A program made the position numbers and the translations under genes. A stretch of DNA of 64,000 bases from an uncultured delta proteobacterium. Lineage in GTDB: Bacteria; Myxococcota; UBA727; VGSZ01. The stretch lies in assembly GCA_963775425.1 (NCBI GenBank), contig CAVZJB010000016.1, positions 64,001-128,000 of the forward strand. The letters are read 5' to 3'. Position 1 is the stretch's first letter, and each line of letters starts with the position of its first letter. The notes beneath the pieces are model-generated. The model did not search any database. It was not told where the DNA came from and saw only the letters and a program-made list of their open reading frames with translations. Below, in pieces: positions 14,279 through 23,017 of this stretch.

Positions 14279-14755
14279 CTATCGGAACAGGACCTTGACG
14301 ACCTCGCCCTTGCGAGGGCCCTTGGGTGAGCGGATCTCGATCTCCTCGCCTTCGGTCTTGCCGATGAGGGCGCGGGCGATGGGAGACGAGATGCCGATCT
14401 TCTTGAGCTCGAGGTTGGCCTCGTCGTCGCCGACGATGGTCCACACCTGCTCGCTGTCGCTGTCGTAGTCGATGATGGTGACGGTGGCGCCGAAGACGAC
14501 CTTGTCCCCCGAGAGCTTCGTCGTGTCGATGACGGTGGCGCGCGCGAGCCGCGCCTCCACCTGTGCGATGCGGCTCTCGATGAACGCCTGCTTCTCGCGG
14601 GCGGCGGCGTACTCGGCGTTCTCCGACAGGTCCCCGTGCGCCCTCGCCTCGGCGACCTGCGTAATGATCGCCGGACGCTCGACGCCCTTGAGGCGCTGAA
14701 GCTCTTCCTTGAGGGCCTTGTGGCCCTCGACGGTCATCGGGAACGTGTCGCTCAT
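14279..14755 (-). CDS. greA: Transcription elongation factor GreA
   Basis: ARAHGDLSENAEY, VVFGATV and ISSPIARALIGK motifs. Confidence 0.97.
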   Translation of the reverse strand: MSDTFPMTVEGHKALKEELQRLKGVERPAIITQVAEARAHGDLSENAEYAAAREKQAFIESRIAQVEARLARATVIDTTKLSGDKVVFGATVTIIDYDSDSEQVWTIVGDDEANLELKKIGISSPIARALIGKTEGEEIEIRSPKGPRKGEVVKVLFR

Positions 14756-14807
14756 GCCCGCACGCTAACCGCGTGCGCCGCACGCCTCAAGAGCCTAAGC
14801 TTTTGCC

Positions 14808-15518
14808 ATGGTCTCCTCGCGCTTGCGCCTCGGTGGGTGGCGCTCACCCGTGGTCCTCGTCGTCATCGGGCTCCTCGTGGTCTCGTACGTCGTCGTCGGC
14901 ATCTTGCTGAACGTCTCCGGCGGCGGAAACGACGTCTTCGCCTTGCTCGCGCTCGACCCTGACGCGGTGCTCCACCACGGCCAGGTGTGGCGGCTGTTGA
15001 GCTACGGCCTCCTGCATGACCCGTCGAACCCGTTCCACGTGTTGATGAACGCGCTGATGCTGTTCTTCTTCGGCCGCGACCTCGAGCGCCGCTACGGCCC
15101 CGCGCGCTTCGTCGCGTTCCTCGTCGGCGCCGTGCTCGCGGGCGGCGTCGCGGTCACCGCCGTGTCGCCTTTCTTCCACCACGGCGCGATCGGCTTCTCC
15201 GGCGCCGTCGAGGCGTGCACCGTGGTCTGGGCGCTGCAGAACAGGAACGCCCAGGTGCTCTTGTTCTTCGCAGTGCCCATGCGCGGCATCCACATGCTGT
15301 GGCTCGCGGTGGCGATGTGGCTCTTCGACGCCGTGAGCGTCTCCAACGTCTCGGCCGCCGCGCACTTCGGCGGCATCGTGTTCGGCCTCGCGGTCTATTT
15401 CGCCACCGCGCGCAGAAACCGCATCTCGCTGTTCGTCGACGACCTGCTCGTGAAGCTGCACCTGAAGAAGCGCCCGCGCCTCACGGTGGTGCCCAAGAAC
15501 GATCGCTGGGTGAACTGA
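14808..15518 (+). CDS. Rhomboid family intramembrane serine protease
   Basis: WRLLSYGLLH, HVLMNAL, GFSG (catalytic Ser), AHFGG (catalytic His). Confidence 0.92.
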   Translation: MVSSRLRLGGWRSPVVLVVIGLLVVSYVVVGILLNVSGGGNDVFALLALDPDAVLHHGQVWRLLSYGLLHDPSNPFHVLMNALMLFFFGRDLERRYGPARFVAFLVGAVLAGGVAVTAVSPFFHHGAIGFSGAVEACTVVWALQNRNAQVLLFFAVPMRGIHMLWLAVAMWLFDAVSVSNVSAAAHFGGIVFGLAVYFATARRNRISLFVDDLLVKLHLKKRPRLTVVPKNDRWVN

Positions 15519-15549
15519 TCAGCGACCGGAGGGAGGCGGCCGCGCTTGA

Positions 15550-16191
15550 TCAGAACGTGTTCGACGCCGGCGCCGGCCGGACCTCGGGCGGGTCTTCCTG
15601 CGTCAGCGTCGTCGTGCCGCCCTCCAGGAGCGTGGTCGAGGGATCGAAGAAGAACGACGGGTCCCCGTAGTACGGGTCGACGATGGCGAGGTTCGGGTCC
15701 ACGGTCATCTCCACCGAGGTGTTCGACTCGGTGGCCTCGGCGCCCGCGCAGTTGACGGCGGCCTGCAGCAGGTCGTCCATCTTGCGCTTGCTCACCTGGA
15801 TCTTGCGGAACTCGTAGCGCGAGCGCTCGGTGTCGTTGGCGGAGAGCGCCTCCTGCAGGGAGACGATGGCGTCCTCCGAGACGCGCAGGATGCCCTTCAT
15901 GGCGGTGACCTGCTCGTTGACGCAGGTGAGCTGCACGGCGTCCTTCTTTTCGCGGGCGTCCTTGAGCTCGTCGAGGCCCTTGCTGAGGCTCGCGCGCATG
16001 CTCTCGACGCTCTGCTGCGCGACGTCGAGGTACTTCTCCATGGGGACGGCGTTGGCCGGGTCCTCCTCGTCGCTGTCCTTCTTGAGGTCCTCGGCGCCCG
16101 CGGGCGCGTCGGCGGGCGCAGGCGGGGTCTCCTGGGCGAAGGCGAGGCCGGCGCCGAGGAGCAGGATGAGGGCGAGGGGACGCGGGAGCAT
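15550..16191 (-). CDS. Secreted coiled-coil hypothetical protein
   Basis: Signal peptide ending AFA, helical core with two Cys (LTCVNEQ, VNCAG), acidic Pro-rich tail. Start at ATG 16191. Confidence 0.7.
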   Translation of the reverse strand: MLPRPLALILLLGAGLAFAQETPPAPADAPAGAEDLKKDSDEEDPANAVPMEKYLDVAQQSVESMRASLSKGLDELKDAREKKDAVQLTCVNEQVTAMKGILRVSEDAIVSLQEALSANDTERSRYEFRKIQVSKRKMDDLLQAAVNCAGAEATESNTSVEMTVDPNLAIVDPYYGDPSFFFDPSTTLLEGGTTTLTQEDPPEVRPAPASNTF

Positions 16192-16275
16192 CGGTTCAAC
16201 CTTGGCAAGGGGCCGGGGCCCGGTCAAGTCGATGATGGGTGCCGGACGCTGCGCTTTGTGTTCAATTGCCGCCGC

Positions 16276-16827
16276 ATGCGGATCGTCCTCGCCAGCGCGT
16301 CGCCCCGGCGGCTGCAGCTCCTTCAGGGCTGCGCCTTCGACGTCGAGGTGCGCGCGCCCGGCGTCGACGAGGCGAAGCTCCCCGGGGAGGCGCCGGCGGC
16401 GATGGTCCAGCGGCTGGCGCACGCGAAGGCCGGCGCCGTCGACGTCGACGACCGCGCCGTCGTGGTCGCCGCGGACACCACCGTCGTCCTCGACGGACGT
16501 GCGCTCGAAAAGCCCGACGGCGCCGCCGACGCGGTGTCCATGCTCACGCGGCTGTCGGGGCGCGCGCACGATGTGCTCACCGGGTTCTGCGTGCGGGGGC
16601 CGCGGGGCGAGCGGGTGGGCCTCGTTCGCACCGAGGTGCGCTTCCGCCCGCTGAGCGCCGCCGAGATCGAGGCCTACGTGGCCACCGGGGAGCCGCTCGA
16701 CAAGGCGGGCGCCTACGGCATCCAGGGCAGGGGCGGCGCCCTCGTCGACGCCGTCTTCGGCTCCTACCCGAACGTGGTGGGCCTGCCGGTGGCGGAGGTC
16801 GTCGCCGCCGTTCGCGAGGTCGCATGA
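16276..16827 (+). CDS. maf: Maf family nucleoside triphosphate pyrophosphatase
   Basis: VLASASPRR, AADTTVV, LEKP, DKAGAYGIQ, NVVGLP. Confidence 0.95.
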   Translation: MRIVLASASPRRLQLLQGCAFDVEVRAPGVDEAKLPGEAPAAMVQRLAHAKAGAVDVDDRAVVVAADTTVVLDGRALEKPDGAADAVSMLTRLSGRAHDVLTGFCVRGPRGERVGLVRTEVRFRPLSAAEIEAYVATGEPLDKAGAYGIQGRGGALVDAVFGSYPNVVGLPVAEVVAAVREVA

Positions 16828-17507
16828 GCACCCCCCCCGAAGACGTCGCCCACCGCCTCGCCGGTGTCCGCGCCGCCCTCGCCGACGCCTGCCGCGCCGC
16901 CGGACGACCGGCCGGGAGCGTGCGCCTGGTGGCCGCGAGCAAGGGCCAGCCCGCGGCCGCGATTCGGGCGGCGGCGGCGGCGGGCCAGCGGCTCTTCGGC
17001 GAAAACTACGCGCGAGAGATGCGAGATAAGCGCACAGAGTTGGCGGGTTACACCAAAGACCTCGAGTGGCACTTCATCGGCCGCGTGCAGTCCGGCAACG
17101 CCAAAGAGATCGCAGGTGCCGCCCTCGTGCATGGGGTGGGCTCGCGCTCCCAATTGGAGGCGCTGGCGCGCCACGGCCCCGTGGCCGCGCTCCTGCAGGT
17201 CTCCCTGTGGGGGGAGGCATCCAAAAATGGTTTCATGGAAGCCGAGTTGGAGCGCGATCTTGAGGGGTTGCTCGAGGTGGACGGCGCCGCGGTTCGAGGC
17301 TTCATGGCGATGCCCCCGCCGGGCGTGGCCGCGCGGGAGGCCTTCGCCGCGGTCCGCGCGCTCCGGGACAGGCTCGCGCCGCAGCTCCCGGAGCTGTCCA
17401 TGGGCATGAGCGGCGACTACCGCGAGGCCGCCCTCGAGGGGGCCACGCTCGTTCGCGTGGGCACGGCGATCTTCGGGCCCCGGCCCGCCAAGAAGGAGTC
17501 CGCATGA
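16824..17507 (+). CDS. yggS: YggS family PLP-binding protein
   Basis: LVAASK, FGENY, WHFIG, LSMGMSGDY, TLVRVGTAIFG. Confidence 0.95.
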   Translation: MSTPPEDVAHRLAGVRAALADACRAAGRPAGSVRLVAASKGQPAAAIRAAAAAGQRLFGENYAREMRDKRTELAGYTKDLEWHFIGRVQSGNAKEIAGAALVHGVGSRSQLEALARHGPVAALLQVSLWGEASKNGFMEAELERDLEGLLEVDGAAVRGFMAMPPPGVAAREAFAAVRALRDRLAPQLPELSMGMSGDYREAALEGATLVRVGTAIFGPRPAKKESA

Positions 17508-18280
17508 AGGTGGCCATCCTCGGCGTCGGCGGGCTCGGCTCGGCCATGGCGGCCGGCCTCGCGCGGCAGGGCATCGCGCTGGCGCTCGCCGACCGGCATC
17601 CGGACAAGCTCGAGCCGTTTTCGGCCACCGCGGAGATCTACGCGGACCCCGCCGCCGCGGCCGCCGCCGCCGACGTCGTCGTCCTCGCGGTCAAGCCCAA
17701 GGCCACCGCCGCGCTGGCGCGCTCCCTGACCCTCGGCCCCGACGCCGTCCTCGTGTCGTGCGCCGCCGGCATCCCGACGGCGAGCCTGCCGGGGGCGGCG
17801 GCGCGGGCGATGCCGAGCATCGGAGCGGCCGTGGGCGCGTCGACCACCGCGGTGTTCCTCTCGGAGCGCTGCGTGCCCGCGCGGGACCTGCCGCGCATCC
17901 TCGAGGTCTTCGGCGCGCTCGGCCCCGTGCGCGAGGTGTTCGACGAAAAGCACCTGCACGCGGCCACGGCGGTGGCGGCCTCGGCGCCGGCGTGGCTGCT
18001 CGTGGCCGTCGAAGCCCTCGTCGACGGCGGGGTCGAGGCCGGGCTGCCCCGCGCCGACGCGCTCGCGTTCGCCCGCGGCGCGCTCGAGGCGGCCGCCGCG
18101 CGGCTCGAGGAGGGCGCGGAGCCACAGGCGCTGCGGGCGCTGGTGACGTCGCCGGCGGGGACCACCGCCGCGGGGCACGCCGCCCTCGAGCGGGCCGGCG
18201 TGCGCGCGGCGTTCCAGGAGGCCGTGCGCGCCGCCGTGGCGCGCAGCCAGGAACTCGCGGGCGGATCCGGGCGGGCATAA
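17504..18280 (+). CDS. proC: Pyrroline-5-carboxylate reductase
   Basis: GxGxxG, LAVKP, RAMP, VTSPAGTT; conserved yggS-proC synteny. Confidence 0.9.
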   Translation: MKVAILGVGGLGSAMAAGLARQGIALALADRHPDKLEPFSATAEIYADPAAAAAAADVVVLAVKPKATAALARSLTLGPDAVLVSCAAGIPTASLPGAAARAMPSIGAAVGASTTAVFLSERCVPARDLPRILEVFGALGPVREVFDEKHLHAATAVAASAPAWLLVAVEALVDGGVEAGLPRADALAFARGALEAAAARLEEGAEPQALRALVTSPAGTTAAGHAALERAGVRAAFQEAVRAAVARSQELAGGSGRA

Positions 18281-18289
18281 GATGCCCAC

Positions 18290-18865
18290 ATGCCCATCAC
18301 GCCCCTGGACATCCAGCAGCAGCGCTTCCGCACCCGCTTCGGCGGCGGGCTCGACAAGGTCGAGGTCGACGCGTTCTTGAACGCCGTCGCCGCCGAGGTC
18401 GAGCGGCTCATCCGCGAAAACAACGAGCTCAGGGAGGAGGAGCGCACCCTGAAGCGCCTCCTCGACGACCACCGCGCGCGCGAAGAGGCCCTCAAGGAGA
18501 CGATGATCACCGCGCAGCGGGTCACCGACGAGATCAAGAAGGGCGCCGAGAAGGAGGCCGACATCATCATCGGTCGCGCCGAGCTCGAGGCCGAGCGCAT
18601 CCAGGAGCAGGCGGTGCAGCGCAGGAGCGACCTGCTGCTCGAGATCGCCGAGCTCAAGCGGCAACGCGCGCAGTTCATGGCGCAGCTCCGCGGCGTGCTG
18701 AATACGCACCACAAGCTCCTCGACGTCAGCGAGGAGGAAAACGCCCGCGGCGTCGAGGAGAACCTCGCCGTGATGCGCCGGACCCCGGCGCGCCCGGCCC
18801 CGGTGAGCACGCTGCCCGCCGGCACCCCCGGCGCCGAGGACCCCACCCGCGCGCGCAACGGGTAG
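18290..18865 (+). CDS. DivIVA domain-containing protein
   Basis: ITPLDIQQQRF...GLDKVEVDAFL N-terminus followed by coiled coil. Confidence 0.92.
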   Translation: MPITPLDIQQQRFRTRFGGGLDKVEVDAFLNAVAAEVERLIRENNELREEERTLKRLLDDHRAREEALKETMITAQRVTDEIKKGAEKEADIIIGRAELEAERIQEQAVQRRSDLLLEIAELKRQRAQFMAQLRGVLNTHHKLLDVSEEENARGVEENLAVMRRTPARPAPVSTLPAGTPGAEDPTRARNG

Positions 18866-18880
18866 GCGTTCGCCCTCCCC

Positions 18881-19141
18881 GTGAGCGTGCGCGTCGCCGT
18901 CAGCGTGAAGCCGCGCTCGAAGAAGGAGGGCGTCGAGGTCTCCGCCGCCGGCGTCGTCGTGCGCGTGCGCGCCCCTCCCGTCGAGGGCGCGGCCAACGAG
19001 CGCGTGCTCGAGGTGGTGGCGGACAAGCTCGGCGTCAGAAAGAGCGCCGTGCGCATCTTTTCGGGCGAGACCAGCCGCCACAAGGTGCTCGAGATCGACG
19101 CCGACGACCTCGAGGACGTGAAGGCGCGCCTCGCGCGCTGA
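18881..19141 (+). CDS. yggU: DUF167/YggU family protein
   Basis: VKPRS...VRVRAPPVEGAAN...GETSRHK. Confidence 0.9.
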   Translation: MSVRVAVSVKPRSKKEGVEVSAAGVVVRVRAPPVEGAANERVLEVVADKLGVRKSAVRIFSGETSRHKVLEIDADDLEDVKARLAR

Positions 19142-19145
19142 CGCC

Positions 19146-20603
19146 TCAGCGGCGCACGGCTGCGATGCCCGGCACGGGGCGGCCCGCGAACGGCAGGAGG
19201 CGGCCGGCCTCGTCGACGACGGGGTCGCCGAAGTCCGCGAACGACAGCGCGCGGATGGTGGCGACGGCGGCGGCGCCGTCGTCGGCGTGGGGGACGCCGC
19301 GGCCGTCGAGGTAGATCGGGTGGAGCACCAGGCCGACGAGGCGGCCGTCGGCGGCGACGGTGGCGTCGAGGACGACGCTCTCGCCGTCGGGGCCGTGGAC
19401 GTCGAAGGTCTTCCACGAGCACGCGTTGCCGAGGCTGTAGGCGATGAGCCGCCCGCGGCGGACCTCGAGCGCGCGCAGGACGTGCGGACCGCTGCCGAGG
19501 ACGAGGTCGGCGCCGGCGTCGACGACGGCGTGGGCGAAGGTGACGACGTCGCCGCGGGGCTCGCCGTGGAAGACCTCCTCCCCCGCGGCCGGCGGCACGT
19601 GGCGCGCCGACGGCCCTTCGGCGCCGGCGTGGAAGGCGACGACGACGACGTCGCTGCGCGCCTTGAGCCACGCGACGACGCGCGCGGCGAGCCGCGGGTC
19701 GCGCACCGACAGCGACGACGCGTAGGTCGAAAAGCCCACCACGGACACCCGCAGGCCTCGGCGCACCAGGCGCACGGCGCGGGCGGCGCCGGCGGCGGCG
19801 ATGCCCGCGTCGTCGAGGGCGGCGACGGTGGAGGCGAGCCCGGCGAAGCCGAAGTCGAGGGCGTGGTTGTTCTCGACGGAGACGACGTCGAGGCCGGCGG
19901 CCTTGAGCGCGGGCGCGAGGCGGGTGGGCGCGCGGAACGCGGCGCAGACGTCCTCGTCGAGGGACGCGCACTTCTTGCTCTCGCCCTCGTCGGCGAGGGC
20001 GGTCTCGAGGTTGCCGAAGCCGATGTCGGCGGCCTTCAGGGCGCCGCCGGCGTCGTCGAAGGAGCCGCGGCCGTCGTCGGGCGGGACGACGCCGTCGTCG
20101 CCGCGCCCGAGGTGGACGTCGCCGACGGCGGCGATGCGCAGCGTGGGCGCTGCTCGCGGGCCGGTGCCCGTCGGCGCCGGCGCCTGCGCCGCCGGGGCCG
20201 GCGGCGGCGCCGCACGGAGCAATCGCCAGGTCTGCAGGCGGCCCTTGCGCAGGAGGAACGTGTAGCGGCCGCGGTCGCCGGCGGGCAGGGCGGGGACGAG
20301 CGCGCCGAGCTCGTCCCACGCGGCGAACGCGCCGTCGACGTCGCCGGCGGCGAGGCGCGCGAGGGCGACGCCGAACGCGGCGCGGGCGCACCTCGGGTCG
20401 GCGGCGTGCGCGGCGGTCCACGCGGTGAGCCCGGGGCGCTTCCCGGCGATCGGCGACCGGAGGGAGCGGCCGCGCGTGATCGCGCGCTCGGCCTCGGCGT
20501 TGCAGCGGGGCGTCAACGGCTGCGACGCCGCGGTGAGCGGCTCGGCGTCCTCCGGGGGGCCCGCCCCGGCGAGGAGCTGCACGAGGACGACAAGCGCGAC
20601 CAC
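19146..20603 (-). CDS. CapA/PGA_cap family metallophosphoesterase with N-terminal TPR-like extension
   Basis: AAVGDV, GNLE, ENNHALDFG, FHAGAEG, GSGPHV, AYSLGN. Confidence 0.85.
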   Translation of the reverse strand: MVALVVLVQLLAGAGPPEDAEPLTAASQPLTPRCNAEAERAITRGRSLRSPIAGKRPGLTAWTAAHAADPRCARAAFGVALARLAAGDVDGAFAAWDELGALVPALPAGDRGRYTFLLRKGRLQTWRLLRAAPPPAPAAQAPAPTGTGPRAAPTLRIAAVGDVHLGRGDDGVVPPDDGRGSFDDAGGALKAADIGFGNLETALADEGESKKCASLDEDVCAAFRAPTRLAPALKAAGLDVVSVENNHALDFGFAGLASTVAALDDAGIAAAGAARAVRLVRRGLRVSVVGFSTYASSLSVRDPRLAARVVAWLKARSDVVVVAFHAGAEGPSARHVPPAAGEEVFHGEPRGDVVTFAHAVVDAGADLVLGSGPHVLRALEVRRGRLIAYSLGNACSWKTFDVHGPDGESVVLDATVAADGRLVGLVLHPIYLDGRGVPHADDGAAAVATIRALSFADFGDPVVDEAGRLLPFAGRPVPGIAAVRR

Positions 20604-20630
20604 GGGCGAACGCTACCCCGCCGGCGCTCG

Positions 20631-20677
20631 CGTGACGACGTGGGGCGCCGGGAGGGCCCGCGCCTCACGTCGTCACG
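20631..20677 (-). terminator. Long GC-rich hairpin downstream of the AbiEii toxin gene (possible terminator or REP-like element)
   Basis: 20631-20648 CGTGACGACGTGGGGCGC pairs with 20660-20677 GCGCCTCACGTCGTCACG (18 bp, one mismatch). No U-tract. Confidence 0.45.
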
Positions 20678-20730
20678 TCGGTGGAGCGCGCCTTGTCGTG
20701 GAGCGGCCGCGGTGCCTCGCGTCGAGGTCG

Positions 20731-21456
20731 TCAGCGGGGGCGCTTCGGCCTGGGCGCGAGCTGGCGGATGTGCTTCCACAGGACCGCCGGGGGCACGGGG
20801 ACGAGGCCCGGCGGCGGCGTCACCATCTGCAGGGCGCGCATGCACGCGTCGAGGCGCCCGGGGCGGCGCCGCAGGGCGTCGATCGCCTTGCCGAGGTCGC
20901 GCTCGATGCTGGCGCCGTACGCGCCGGCGGCCTTGTCGATCGCGCGCCGCAACGTGTCTTTGTCGACGTTCATCATGGCGAGGTCGATCAGGTCGCGGCT
21001 GTGCACGCTGTCGTCGGCCCAGCGGTCCGAGAGCGCGAGCAGCTTGCTCGCCGCCATGTCGAGGGCGGTGAGCGTGGCCACCCCGCAGATGCGATCCTCG
21101 GGCGGCGCGAGGGAGATGCGGCCCTCGAGGACAATCTCGAGCTTGACCTCGGCGCCGCGCACCGCGAGCAGCGTGCGAACGCCGTACTGGTCCGCGCGCA
21201 CCTCGCGCGCCTGCGTCAGCGACGCCTTCGGCCGCGCCAGCGCGCGCACGCCGCCGGCGACCACGCGCTGGCGGAGCGCGCGGTAGCCGGCGACCTCGGA
21301 GACGAGGAAGTCGATGTCGAGCGACTCGCGGTACTCGCCGTACCGGAGCGCGATGGCCGTCCCCCCGCCGAAGAGGCACGCGTTGTCCTCGAGGATCTGC
21401 GCGTCGAGCGCCTCGAGCACGGTCGCGATCCGGCGGTGGTGCTCGCGCTCAAACAA
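20731..21456 (-). CDS. AbiEii/AbiGii family nucleotidyltransferase toxin (type IV TA)
   Basis: FGGGTAIAL...YRESLDIDF motif, SKLLA, RDLIDL. Confidence 0.9.
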   Translation of the reverse strand: MFEREHHRRIATVLEALDAQILEDNACLFGGGTAIALRYGEYRESLDIDFLVSEVAGYRALRQRVVAGGVRALARPKASLTQAREVRADQYGVRTLLAVRGAEVKLEIVLEGRISLAPPEDRICGVATLTALDMAASKLLALSDRWADDSVHSRDLIDLAMMNVDKDTLRRAIDKAAGAYGASIERDLGKAIDALRRRPGRLDACMRALQMVTPPPGLVPVPPAVLWKHIRQLAPRPKRPR

Positions 21457-21919
21457 GGAGCCGCGCCCCCCCGAGCCCCTCGACGAGGCGCCGGATCAGC
21501 GCGCGCTCGGCGTCGCTCAGCCGCGCCTGGTCGACGTGGCGCCAGTTCCTCTCGTAGACGGACAGCGCCTCCCGCGGCGTGAGCGAGCTCGCGTCACCGA
21601 GCTGCCAGGAGAGGCGCTTGAGCTCCGGGTACGCCGCGAGCGCGACGCGCCGGGGGAGCTTGGCCTTCGGCTTCGGCGCGCGCGCGTCGACGAGCTCGAG
21701 CTCGAGCCCCAGCGCCGCCACCGCGTTCATGTACGCGCCCATCGTCACCGAGGGCTCCCCGCGCTCGACGCGGTGGAGCGTCATCCGGGACATGCCCGCC
21801 GCCTCCGCCGCCTCCGTCGCCGTCACCGCGAGCGCCTTGCGCCGCGCGCGCAGGCGGGCGCCGATGGCGGCGAGCTTCTCCGCCGCGGTCGGGCCGGTCG
21901 GGGGCGCGGGCGCAGGCAT
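21449..21919 (-). CDS. XRE-family HTH protein, cognate antitoxin
   Basis: HTH (IGARLRARRKAL...AEAAGMSRMTLHRVERGEPSVTMGAY) plus C-terminal YPELKRLSW...YERNWRHVD. Overlaps the toxin start. Start could be 21919, 21928 or 21937. Confidence 0.85.
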   Translation of the reverse strand: MPAPAPPTGPTAAEKLAAIGARLRARRKALAVTATEAAEAAGMSRMTLHRVERGEPSVTMGAYMNAVAALGLELELVDARAPKPKAKLPRRVALAAYPELKRLSWQLGDASSLTPREALSVYERNWRHVDQARLSDAERALIRRLVEGLGGARLLV

Positions 21920-21965
21920 GTATCTCATTTTAGTCATTTCATTGATTTTGTCTACTATGAGATAC
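21920..21965. promoter_or_regulatory. AT-rich promoter/operator of the TA pair with inverted repeat
   Basis: GTATCTCAT (21920-21928) and ATGAGATAC (21957-21965) form a perfect 9-bp inverted repeat, extendable to 12/14, in an AT-rich patch. Confidence 0.7.
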
Positions 21966-22055
21966 GTCCTGAGGCGCCGCCGCAGCCCCCCGGCCCGCGA
22001 CGCCGGCGGCGTACGTCCGCTTGTCCATTCGCTATGTCGTGACCACGGTGCCCTG

Positions 22056-22985
22056 ATGCTCGCGCTCCTCGCCGCGCTCTTCTTCGCGGCAGCCCCCTGT
22101 GAAGCCCCGGTGCGCGTGGTCGGCCACGGCGTGCCCGCCGGCGTCGAGCGTGACCTCGCGGCGGCGGCGCCGGCGCTCGAGCGCAAGGTGGCGTCGGCGC
22201 TGTCGCTGACGTCGTGCGCCCCCATCACCGTCGAGCTGCTGCCGGCCATCGAGGGCGCCGCCGACCTCGAGCCGCCGTTCCTCTTGCCCGCCTGGGCCGC
22301 CGGCGCCGCCGAGCCCGGCGACCGCCGCATCGTCGTCGCCGTCACCGCCAAGGGCGAGCGGCAGGATCGCGAGCGCATCCTCTTGCACGAGCTCGCGCAC
22401 CTCGGCGTACGCGAGGCCGCGGGCGGGGCGCCCGTCCCGCGCTGGCTCGACGAGGGGGTCGCGCGCACGCTCGCGGGCGAGGAGGGCAGGGACGAGGAGG
22501 CCCTCGCGCGCGCGCGCATCTCCGACAGCCTCTTTCCCCTCGCCGCCCTCGCCGACGGCTTCCCCGCCCGCGGCGACCTCGCCGCCGTCGCCTACGCCGA
22601 GTCCGCGCGCGCCGTGCGCGTCATCGACGACGCCGGCAACGACGGCGCCGGCGCCGCCGCCGGCCGCATCGCCCCGGTGGCCCGCTTGCTCCGGGCGCTC
22701 GGCGCCGGGGCCAGCGTGGACGACGCGCTCTATCGGGTGGTCGGCAGGCGCACGTGGCAGGTCGACGTCGACGTCGCCCGCTCCATCCCCAAGGCGCGCG
22801 CCTGGGCCATCGTCGGGATGCAGGCGGACCTCGCCTACGTCCTCTCCGCCCTCGTGTGTGCCTGGGCGGGCCTGCGCGCGCGCCGCCAGCTCAAAAGGCG
22901 CATGGCCGCCCTCGACGACGAGGGCGCGGGCCTGCTCGGGCCGCCCCGCGATGTCGTCCTGCGTCGCTTTCGCGTCACGGCTTGA
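22056..22985 (+). CDS. Peptidase MA-like (gluzincin) domain protein with C-terminal TM
   Basis: Signal peptide, LLHELAH...PRWLDEG, AYAES. Confidence 0.85.
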   Translation: MLALLAALFFAAAPCEAPVRVVGHGVPAGVERDLAAAAPALERKVASALSLTSCAPITVELLPAIEGAADLEPPFLLPAWAAGAAEPGDRRIVVAVTAKGERQDRERILLHELAHLGVREAAGGAPVPRWLDEGVARTLAGEEGRDEEALARARISDSLFPLAALADGFPARGDLAAVAYAESARAVRVIDDAGNDGAGAAAGRIAPVARLLRALGAGASVDDALYRVVGRRTWQVDVDVARSIPKARAWAIVGMQADLAYVLSALVCAWAGLRARRQLKRRMAALDDEGAGLLGPPRDVVLRRFRVTA

Positions 22986-23017
22986 ACCGCTCTCGTCGTC
23001 GGTGCTAACTCCGGCGA

